In this document: piece by piece, positions 8,001-15,426 of the stretch | How the letters are laid out: each line of letters starts with the position of its first letter | Position numbering within the stretch: the first letter of the stretch is position 1 | Assembly (NCBI GenBank): GCA_031367385.1 | Contig: JANLPS010000291.1 | Coordinates: forward strand, 1-21,281 | Length of the DNA: 21,281 nt | Source: Archangium sp. | Lineage (GTDB): Bacteria > Myxococcota > Myxococcia > Myxococcales > Myxococcaceae | Direction: 5' to 3' | Position numbers and translations under genes: made by a program | Notes under the pieces: generated by a model | What the model saw: only the letters and a program-made list of their open reading frames with translations | What the model was told of the DNA's origin: nothing | Database searches by the model: none

Positions 8001-8689
8001 TGTCGTCGCTGCTGACCGCGCTGCTGGGCGTGTCGATTGGCATGCGCCACGCCCTCGAGCCCGACCACCTGGCGGCGGTGTCGACGCTGGCGACCGAGCA
8101 GAAGGGCCCGCGAGCGGGTCTGTGGTTGGGCGCGCTGTGGGGCATCGGGCATTCGGTGTCGTTGATGGTGGTGGGCGGCGGGTTGGCGCTGCTCGAGGCG
8201 AAGATGCCCGAGCGGGTGGGCGTGCTGCTCGAGCTGCTGGTGGCGGTGATGATCATCGCGCTGGGGGCCCGGGCGATCGTGCGCAGCGTGCGCGAGGGTC
8301 GTGCGGGCAGGCTGGTCGTTCACTCGCATGGCGATGGGGCGCACTCGCACCCGGTGGTCGCGCCGCACGTGCACCTCCGCTCGTGGACGTTTTCGACCCG
8401 ACCGCTGCTCATCGGCGTGGTGCATGGCCTGGCAGGCAGCGGCGCCTTGACGGCGCTGGTGCTGGCCGAGCTGCCCTCGTCTGCGGCCCGTCTTTCGTAC
8501 ATCGCGTTGTTCGGCGCGGGCAGCGTGGTCGGCATGGCGCTGCTCACCGGGCTCGCCGGAGTGCCGTTGATGCGGGCGGCGAAGTCTCCACGGGTGGCGG
8601 CGTGGGTGTTGGGCGTGGCGGGTTGTCTCTCGACGGCCGTGGGCGTGTGGTGGGGGTTCGGCTCGGGCCTCAAGCTGCTGGCGGGGTGA
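8000..8689 (+). CDS. Ni/Co transporter-like membrane protein (NiCoT/UreH/HoxN-type)
   Basis: ATG overlaps the upstream stop (TGATG). Signatures 'GMRHALEPDHLAAV', 'WGIGHS', a His-rich loop 'HSHGDGAHSHP' and 'GVVHGLAGS'; about six hydrophobic segments. Confidence 0.85.
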   Translation: MSSLLTALLGVSIGMRHALEPDHLAAVSTLATEQKGPRAGLWLGALWGIGHSVSLMVVGGGLALLEAKMPERVGVLLELLVAVMIIALGARAIVRSVREGRAGRLVVHSHGDGAHSHPVVAPHVHLRSWTFSTRPLLIGVVHGLAGSGALTALVLAELPSSAARLSYIALFGAGSVVGMALLTGLAGVPLMRAAKSPRVAAWVLGVAGCLSTAVGVWWGFGSGLKLLAG

Positions 8690-9300
8690 GTGGGTTGGTC
8701 CTTCGACTGCGCTCAGGACGAACGGTGGTTGAAGGGCGCACGCTTCGAAGAGATCTGCGCGAGCTGGCGCCCTGGGTGCTCGTCACCCTCACGGTGTGGG
8801 CTTCAGTGGTGGCGGTGCGGCATGCGCGCGTGGCCTCCGCGCCCCAAGCCCCGGCCTGGGAGCACTCGTTTCTCGAGCTGAGCCAGGCTGATCAGCTTCG
8901 CTACCGCCTGGTTCGCGAAGGCGTGCTCGAAGCCGAAAATCGCCGCTCCGGTTCGCGCGAGTGGCCCGAGCCCTCGCTGCTGGCGGCCGAAGGGGTGCCG
9001 CCGTTCGATGCGCCCGACCTTCGCTGGTCTCGCCGGCAACACGGCATCTATGTGAATTATGTCGGAGTGCCTGCCGCGGCCCAAGGCACCCGGTGGTTGG
9101 TGCTGTTCATCGAGCCCGCGGCGACGGCGTTCGAGGCCAAAACCCCGCCACCGCCGGTCGACGAAGAGCATCACACCTTACCCGACGGCACCGCACTCCA
9201 CGTCACGGTGTGGACGATGGCGAACCAAGGGCCCGAGCCGACGGAGGTGCTCGCTTTCCCCGTGTCGGAGGGCTGGGTACAGCGCGTCGGCCGGCTGTAA
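8686..9300 (+). CDS. Membrane-anchored periplasmic protein, DUF6162-like
   Basis: This is the 3' part of ORF 7873..9300. Start is either GTG 8686 (GTGA overlap) or GTG 8725 (AGGA 6 nt upstream). One N-terminal TM segment (PWVLVTLTVWASVVAV), then 'WPEPSLLAAEGVPPF', 'NYVG' and 'DEEHH'. Confidence 0.65.
   Translation: MSGLVLRLRSGRTVVEGRTLRRDLRELAPWVLVTLTVWASVVAVRHARVASAPQAPAWEHSFLELSQADQLRYRLVREGVLEAENRRSGSREWPEPSLLAAEGVPPFDAPDLRWSRRQHGIYVNYVGVPAAAQGTRWLVLFIEPAATAFEAKTPPPPVDEEHHTLPDGTALHVTVWTMANQGPEPTEVLAFPVSEGWVQRVGRL
8698..8725. repeat. REP-like element GTCCTTCGACTGCGCTCAGGACGAACGG
   Basis: Stem GTCCT (8698-8702) pairs with AGGAC (8715-8719). It matches the widespread 'CTTCGAC..GCTCAGG..GAACGG' interspersed repeat as I recall it. 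Single copy in the window. Confidence 0.55.
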
Positions 9301-9331
9301 CTGCGGCTGAAAAACAGGGTAAGCACTGTGG

Positions 9332-9817
9332 GTGCATCGAAATCTCGGCTTGGCTTTGTTGTGTCTGTGCGCTGCGTTCGCTGCATGCTCGAAGGCCGGT
9401 GAGCGAGGTGAGGCCGTCGCCGCCGTTGCGGTGCAGCCGATTCGTCCCGCTCCTGACACCTCGCACCTGCTGGTCACCCTCGAGCTCTCGCCGACTGGCT
9501 TGCGCGTGCTCGGGGTGCAAACCGTCGCGCAACCCCTGCCTCGGCTGCGCGTGCCTGAGCCCGGCCGTTGGCATCTGGCGTTTCGAGACGCTGCGAATCA
9601 GGTGATTCATGCGCACGACATGGCCCCCGCGAACGAGCGTCGCTCTGAGACGACCGGGCCCGATGGCCGCATTTCGCCGTCGCACGAGACGCTCGACACC
9701 ACCGTCTTCGTCGCGCGGCTGCCGGTGACCGCGGGCACGTTGACGCTCACCGCTGATTCGGTGGCGGGCCTCGATGCGACGCCTGTCGAGCTGGGGCATG
9801 TGGCGGTGACGCCGTGA
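9332..9817 (+). CDS. Putative lipoprotein, partner of the downstream M64 peptidase
   Basis: GTG start, hydrophobic leader with lipobox-like 'FAAC', beta-strand-like mature part; its stop overlaps the next start (GTGA). Confidence 0.75.
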   Translation: MHRNLGLALLCLCAAFAACSKAGERGEAVAAVAVQPIRPAPDTSHLLVTLELSPTGLRVLGVQTVAQPLPRLRVPEPGRWHLAFRDAANQVIHAHDMAPANERRSETTGPDGRISPSHETLDTTVFVARLPVTAGTLTLTADSVAGLDATPVELGHVAVTP

Positions 9818-12276
9818 GTGCGGTGGGCGCGTTGAGCCTGCTGTTGGCGCTGGGAGCCAACGAGGTCGAAGTGCTGCGCGACGGTGGGTCCCCCTCGAAT
9901 CGCATCGACGTGGTGATTCTGGGAGACGGGTACCGAACGCAAGATCAGGCGCAGCTGACCAGTGACGCCACCAACGTGGTCAACCAGCTGTTCGCCGCGA
10001 CTCCGTGGAAAGAGTACGAGTCGCTCTTCAACGTCTCGTTGGTGCACGTGGTCTCGAATGAGAACGGTGCCGACAACGGCACCTACGGAGCGACCCGCGA
10101 TACGGCCCTGGGCGCCTACTACAACTGCTCGGGCATCGACCGGGCGTTGTGCATCAACTACGGGCTCGTCTACTCGGCGGCGAACGCGGCGGTGCCGACC
10201 TACGACTTCATCGTCGTGGTGGTCAACGACCCGAAATACGGCGGCACCGGGGGCAGCGTGGCGACGCTCTCGATTCATTCGCTCGCGCCCGAAATTCTGA
10301 TTCACGAGATGGGTCACACCATCGGCAAATTGGCTGACGAGTACACCGACGCGTACCCCGCGTACCCGTCGTGCTCCGGCGATTGCCCTGAGGCCAACGC
10401 GACGCTCAACGCGACCGCGACCGTGAAGTGGTCGAAGTGGGTCGACGCGACGACGCCGGTGCCGACTCCGACGGGCTCGGGGTACAGCGCGAAGGTTGGC
10501 GTCTTCGAAGGGTGCCGCTACAAGACCACCGGGGTGTACCGGCCCTTCGAGCACAACTGCCGAATGGATATTTTGGGAGTGCCGTTCTGCAGCGTTTGCA
10601 GCGAAGGCCAGGTGCTCAAGTTCGCGAATCTGGTGTCGTTTTTCGATTCGCATACGCCCGCAGGCCCGACCGCGGTGAGTGCCTGCGCGCAGGCGACGTT
10701 CAGCGTGACGCCGCTGGTGCTCGATGGGTCGCCGCTCGCCTACGCGTGGACCGTAAACGGCGTGGCACAGTCAGCCGGTACGTCACTCACGGTCGATGCC
10801 ACGAGCAACCTGACGGTGACGGTGGCGGCGACGCACACCACTGCGCTGGTTCGCAATGACCCTTCGAAGTTGCTGACCGACACGTTGACGTTTCCACTGG
10901 TGACGTCGACTCCGTGCGATGGCAACTGCGTGGCTGGCGCGTGCGTGCCGGTGGTGTGGGCAAATGTCGCGAATGTGGTGGTCGAGGCGACGGGCCCGAC
11001 CGGAGCCGTTGCGAGCTTTGCACCGACCGCCACGCAGGGAGCTACTGCGTTGACGGTGACCTGCGTGCCCGCTTCAGGGAGCACGTTTGGTGTCTCGGCG
11101 ACGCCGGTGACGTGCACGGCGGCCGGGGGCTCGACGCGAACGTTCAGCGTGACGGTGAGTGACACGGGGGCTCCGACGCTGACGCTGCCGGCGAATCAAA
11201 CGGCCGAGGCGACTTCGGGCAGCGGTGCGGCAGTGACGTTCACTGCGAGCGCGAGTGACCTGGTCGACGGCGCGCGGGTGGTGACGTGTACGCCCGCATC
11301 GGGAGCGACCTTCCCAGTGGGGACGACGACGGTTTCATGTCGCGCGAGCGATACCCATTCGAACATGGCCACCGGTTCGTTCACCGTGACGGTGCAAGAC
11401 ACGATGGCCCCGACGTTGATGTTGCCTGCTGACAAGAGTGTCGACGTGATGGGCCCTGCGGGTGTGGTGGTGACGTTCGTGGTTTCGGCGACCGATACGG
11501 TCGATGGGTCGGTCGCGGTGACGTGCTCGAAGACGGCCGGGCAGACATTCGCGGTTGGCACGACGACGGTGACCTGCACCGCGACCGATGCGCATTCGAA
11601 TGTGGCGAGCGGCACGTTCAAGGTGACCGTGAGAGACACGACCGCTCCGACGATCGTGCTGCCGGCTGACGTGACGGTCGAGGCGACGAGCAGTGCGGGT
11701 GCGGTCGCGACTTTTACGGTGACAGCGACTGACGCGGCGCATGCGCCGGTGGCAGTGACGTGTGTGCCAGCCTCGGGGTCGACGTTTTCGCTCGGGGTGA
11801 CGCACGTGAGCTGCACGGCCGGCACGAGCACGTCGGAGCTCTTGGTCACGGTTCGCGACACCACTGCGCCCGTGGTGACCTGCCCGGCGAACGTGGCGGC
11901 GCTCGAGACCGGGGCGATGACGAACGTGTCGTTTGCCGGGGCGGTGGCGGTCGACGCGGTCACGGCGGCGACCGTGACGTACTCACCGGCCTCCGGGAGC
12001 GCGTTCGCTCGGGGCGTGACGCACGTGACGGTGACGGCGACCGACGTGGCGGGGAACTCGGCGACCTGTGACTTCGTGGTTGATGTGGAGGATCACCTGG
12101 TCACGTTCGATGCGGGAACGGGAGCCGCGAGCGACGGGGGCACCGCGATTCGACCCGATGCGGGCGTGGTGGGCCGGTGCGGTTGCACTGAATCGACCAA
12201 TGGGTCGCTGGGGCTGTGGGCGCTGGTGGCGATGGCGCTCGTGATTCGGTCGAGGAGTCGAGCGAAGCAAGGCTGA
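9814..12276 (+). CDS. Secreted M64-family (IgA-peptidase-like) zinc metallopeptidase with five HYR domains and a MYXO-CTERM-like anchor
   Basis: 'NRIDVVILGDGY', 'YGGTGG', zinc motif HEMGHTIGKLADEY (10303), 'GVFEG', 'GVYRP..NCRM', 'PFCSVC'. C-terminus 'GRCGC...LWALVAMALVIRSRSR'. Confidence 0.9.
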   Translation: MSAVGALSLLLALGANEVEVLRDGGSPSNRIDVVILGDGYRTQDQAQLTSDATNVVNQLFAATPWKEYESLFNVSLVHVVSNENGADNGTYGATRDTALGAYYNCSGIDRALCINYGLVYSAANAAVPTYDFIVVVVNDPKYGGTGGSVATLSIHSLAPEILIHEMGHTIGKLADEYTDAYPAYPSCSGDCPEANATLNATATVKWSKWVDATTPVPTPTGSGYSAKVGVFEGCRYKTTGVYRPFEHNCRMDILGVPFCSVCSEGQVLKFANLVSFFDSHTPAGPTAVSACAQATFSVTPLVLDGSPLAYAWTVNGVAQSAGTSLTVDATSNLTVTVAATHTTALVRNDPSKLLTDTLTFPLVTSTPCDGNCVAGACVPVVWANVANVVVEATGPTGAVASFAPTATQGATALTVTCVPASGSTFGVSATPVTCTAAGGSTRTFSVTVSDTGAPTLTLPANQTAEATSGSGAAVTFTASASDLVDGARVVTCTPASGATFPVGTTTVSCRASDTHSNMATGSFTVTVQDTMAPTLMLPADKSVDVMGPAGVVVTFVVSATDTVDGSVAVTCSKTAGQTFAVGTTTVTCTATDAHSNVASGTFKVTVRDTTAPTIVLPADVTVEATSSAGAVATFTVTATDAAHAPVAVTCVPASGSTFSLGVTHVSCTAGTSTSELLVTVRDTTAPVVTCPANVAALETGAMTNVSFAGAVAVDAVTAATVTYSPASGSAFARGVTHVTVTATDVAGNSATCDFVVDVEDHLVTFDAGTGAASDGGTAIRPDAGVVGRCGCTESTNGSLGLWALVAMALVIRSRSRAKQG
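10948..12093 (+). repeat. Five tandem HYR (Ig-like) domain repeats within the peptidase
   Basis: Repeating 'DTxAPxxxxP...VTCxPASGxTF..G.T.V.C.A.D...F.VTV'. Boundary Asp codons at 11161, 11398, 11635, 11857 and 12091 (spacing 237, 237, 222, 234 nt). Confidence 0.9.
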
Positions 12277-12327
12277 CCCAGGTTCAGGGTGCGAGGGCCC
12301 ATGCGGCGCGACTCGATGGGTGCTGCC

Positions 12328-13749
12328 TTAGTGCCCGGGGCTGTACCAAGGCTGCGCGGCGTCGCGCAGCATCAAGACGCGGCCGCTGCCGTCGAGTGCT
12401 ACCCGGTACACACTCTGGCTCCCGCCTGAGTTCGAGCCGAAGACGAGGCTCGAGTTGTCGTACCAGCTTGGGTACGAGTCGCTGGTGCTGGGTTCATTGA
12501 CGTATTCGTTCACCTTCTTGACGACCTTGGTCGTGAGATCCATCCAGAAGATGCGGGTCGACCCGCTGGCGACTCGAGCGTCGAAGGCAACCTTGGTTCC
12601 ATCAGGTGAGATGACGAGGCGATGCGCGATCGCGAGCGCTTCACTCCCCAGGCTCGAGGTGAGTGACGAGCGGAGTCCGCTTGCAAGATCGACCCGCTCC
12701 AATTGCGTCAGCTGCGCATCGCTCGTTCCCAAAGCCACGATGATCGACTTTCTGTCGGGCGTGAAGGCTGGCATTGAAAAGGTCGTCCCCGTTTCACCAG
12801 CCAGCGTCTTGGAGCCCGCGCCTGTTACGTCGATCTGCACGATTTTGCGGCCAGAGCCGTTGTCAGAGGCAAAGGCGATCCTCGCTCCGTCTGGAGAAAT
12901 GACTGGCTGTCGGTAGCTTTGAACCGACCCAATCATCAGCGTCGTGGTTCCGATGTTGCCGTTGGGCACGAACTGCAGCTTCGGCAGCGACCCCGTATCG
13001 AGAACCGACACGACCCGCAACCCGTCGGGGGACAGGCTCGAGTCTGAAGAGCCTTCGCCAACACCAACGCTACTCTGTGAGAGAAACCCCGGCGCGGCCG
13101 AAAAGAACAACTGGCGATCAGCGGGCCGATTGAAGAGCAACCCTCTGGGGAATGGGCCGGTACCAGCGTCTGGGCCATCAACGCCGGCGTCGGCGGTGAC
13201 GCAAGCCGTGTATGCGTCGATCTCTGCGCGACAGTGCGAGGAAATGTTCGCTGCGCTCGCTGACGCATTGGTGCGGTTGTCGCTGCCACAGACTTGTTGC
13301 TCAGCGGAGCAGGCCAGGTTTGCCATTCGCTGCTTGAGACAGTTGGGGTCGGCGACCTGCGTCTCGCACTGTTCGATTTGCTGCTGCGTCGGCTTCGGGT
13401 CTGCCGAGCACTTCGAAGTGGCGCAGACGTTGTTCGAGCAAACGTGCGAAGTGCCTGAGGCATTACAGCGCAGGTCGGTTCGGCAATCGGAGTTGGCGGC
13501 GCAGCTCTTCAGACAGACGCCGACGCCAGAGACGTTGGTGCACTTGTCGGGGCCGCAGTCTGCGTCGTTGACGCAAGCCTTCGAGCAGAGACCATTCGAG
13601 AATCCGCTGAAGCAACTCTCTCCGGCTGCGCACTCGTTGGTGCTCGCACAGGGGCGGTACGAGACCAACGAGGGCTGGCCTGCATCAGTCAGCGCAGAAG
13701 GCTGACCACAGGCCGCCGACAAGAACAGCACCACCAGGCGAGCTCGCAT
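12328..13749 (-). CDS. Lipoprotein with a Cys-rich N-terminal region and a C-terminal TolB-like (PD40) beta-propeller
   Basis: Lipobox 'LSAAC'; repeats of the type C-x3-x-[DE]C...C; repeated 'SPDG'/'TPDR' motifs (SLSPDG, ISPDGARIAF, FTPDRK, ISPDGTKVAF, PSWYD). Confidence 0.85.
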   Translation of the reverse strand: MRARLVVLFLSAACGQPSALTDAGQPSLVSYRPCASTNECAAGESCFSGFSNGLCSKACVNDADCGPDKCTNVSGVGVCLKSCAANSDCRTDLRCNASGTSHVCSNNVCATSKCSADPKPTQQQIEQCETQVADPNCLKQRMANLACSAEQQVCGSDNRTNASASAANISSHCRAEIDAYTACVTADAGVDGPDAGTGPFPRGLLFNRPADRQLFFSAAPGFLSQSSVGVGEGSSDSSLSPDGLRVVSVLDTGSLPKLQFVPNGNIGTTTLMIGSVQSYRQPVISPDGARIAFASDNGSGRKIVQIDVTGAGSKTLAGETGTTFSMPAFTPDRKSIIVALGTSDAQLTQLERVDLASGLRSSLTSSLGSEALAIAHRLVISPDGTKVAFDARVASGSTRIFWMDLTTKVVKKVNEYVNEPSTSDSYPSWYDNSSLVFGSNSGGSQSVYRVALDGSGRVLMLRDAAQPWYSPGH

Positions 13750-13817
13750 TCGGGCGCCTTAGGCGACTCGCTGGGCTGTTTGCAACCAGGCGGCGCTTGG
13801 CGCGCAAGGCAACAGGC

Positions 13818-13872
13818 AACATCAGTTTCAGAAATTACAAACTGTCAGTTTCAGAAATTACAAACTGATGTT
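13818..13872. repeat. Exact 23-bp tandem duplication (TCAGTTTCAGAAATTACAAACTG x2) bounded by 11-bp perfect inverted repeats
   Basis: Units at 13822-13844 and 13845-13867 are identical. AACATCAGTTT (13818-13828) is the reverse complement of AAACTGATGTT (13862-13872). Confidence 0.95.
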
Positions 13873-13920
13873 CGGCGGCGGCCGCGTACGCCCGTGCCTC
13901 GAACCCTCCGTCAGAGAAAA

Positions 13921-15408
13921 CTACTGCTCAGCTGACAGGCCGACCAGGGTGGCCAAGCGGCCTTCTGCCGCGGCCAATTCGACCTTGCGAATCTCGAGCT
14001 GCGCCCGAGATTGTGCTGCAGCGCTGGCGGCGAAGAAGCGCTTCGAGTCGATGTCAGAGACCTCGAGCGACGTCGCCACGCCGCTCTGAAAAGCCGAGTC
14101 GATTTGCTTCTGCGCCCGGGTCGCCAATTGCGATTGTGCCTCGGCCTGCTGGAGCGCGAACTGCGCGGCTTCGATGTTGGCTTTCGCGCTGATCCAATTG
14201 GCTTTTGCCCGGGTGCGGGTGCTCTGCAACTGCGAGCGCAGCTGCACCAACTTCGCCTCATGCTCGTGCAGGTTCGCGTACCGCACGCCGCGGTCGTAGA
14301 GCGACCACTGCAGCGCAACCACTCCGTCGAAGATCCAGTTGGTGCCGGCGAAGCCGCGGTTCGAGTTGTAGCTGCCCTTGAGCTGCCCCACGAGGTTCGG
14401 CAGGTAGCTCAACCGGTCGACGAAGTTGAAGCGCTCCTGAACGGTGACTCCGAGCGTGCTGGCCTTGATTGCCCAAGTCGCCTCCCAGGGTTCGGTGCCC
14501 TCGGCCCCTGCGGTCACTTCGAGCTTGGTCGGCTGATCATCGAAGGGCCGAATCGGCTCGCCCGTCAGTGCTTCGAGCAGCGCCAGCAACGCCACCCGGC
14601 TGCCCGACAGGGTCGCGATGGTCGCCCGCGCCTGGGCCGTCTCGGTCTGCGCCCGCAGCACCGCTATCTCTGTCGTCATGCCCGCCGCGACCTGGTTCAA
14701 TGAATCGCGCTCTCGCTTGAGCGCCACCGTCTCGGCATCTTTGGCGGCCTGCTCGAGCTGCGCCAGGCCCTCGAGCCCCAGGTACACGCGGGCCACGGCC
14801 AGCAGCACCTGCTCGCGTGCCTCGAGGCTGCCCCGTCGCGCGGCCTCGGTCGCCTCGTCAGCTGCGGGCAGCAAGAAGAACTGCGGTGAGAACAGCACCT
14901 GCTGCATCAGCAGATTTCCGTACAGCGAGTTGCGGGCGACGATGACCACCGGGTCTCCGGCCTGCGCGACGACTTGATCTTGAAACGCCGAGACCACCGC
15001 GGCGTTGGCCTGGTTGGTCAGCCCATACGCCGGCCCCACGGTTTGAATGGCCCCAGCCAGCGCCGAAGCGATGCCGGTCTGCAGCGCGCGGGTGTCGAAC
15101 TTCTGCTCGACGGTGGTGTGCACGTAGCTGGTGGTCAGCGTGAGCTCGGGCAGAATCGCCGACGTGGCCAGCCCCGCTTGCGCCGCGATCTGCGCCGCCT
15201 GGGCCCGCGCCGCCTTCACATCGGGGTTGTTTTTGGCGGTCAGCTGCAGCGCCTCGGTCAAGGTCACCGGCCGTCTCGAGGAGAGGCTCTGGCTCTCGGT
15301 GGCCAGCATCGGGTTGGTCGGCGGCGCGGTAAGGGTCGGCGTCAACGTCGCCTGGGCAAAGGCGGCCACGCTGATCACCGCTGAGACACCACTGAGTCGC
15401 AATCGCAT
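13921..15408 (-). CDS. TolC-family outer-membrane efflux protein
   Basis: Signal peptide, 'VTLTEALQLTAKNNPDV', 'LPELTL', 'VARVYL', 'GVATSLEV'; last gene of the RND operon. Confidence 0.92.
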   Translation of the reverse strand: MRLRLSGVSAVISVAAFAQATLTPTLTAPPTNPMLATESQSLSSRRPVTLTEALQLTAKNNPDVKAARAQAAQIAAQAGLATSAILPELTLTTSYVHTTVEQKFDTRALQTGIASALAGAIQTVGPAYGLTNQANAAVVSAFQDQVVAQAGDPVVIVARNSLYGNLLMQQVLFSPQFFLLPAADEATEAARRGSLEAREQVLLAVARVYLGLEGLAQLEQAAKDAETVALKRERDSLNQVAAGMTTEIAVLRAQTETAQARATIATLSGSRVALLALLEALTGEPIRPFDDQPTKLEVTAGAEGTEPWEATWAIKASTLGVTVQERFNFVDRLSYLPNLVGQLKGSYNSNRGFAGTNWIFDGVVALQWSLYDRGVRYANLHEHEAKLVQLRSQLQSTRTRAKANWISAKANIEAAQFALQQAEAQSQLATRAQKQIDSAFQSGVATSLEVSDIDSKRFFAASAAAQSRAQLEIRKVELAAAEGRLATLVGLSAEQ

Positions 15409-15426
15409 GAGATCAGGCCAGTTTCT

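Noticed and set aside
7873..8685. 5' part of the 475-aa ORF 7873..9300
   Set aside because: Arg/Gly-rich off-frame read-through overlapping the permease gene; only the part from 8686 or 8725 looks like real protein.
12277..12327. Intrinsic terminator between the convergent peptidase and lipoprotein genes
   Set aside because: Only a weak CCCAT/ATGGG stem with a long loop and no U-tract.
13822..13867. CRISPR array
   Set aside because: Only two units, directly adjacent with no spacer, and no cas genes in the window.
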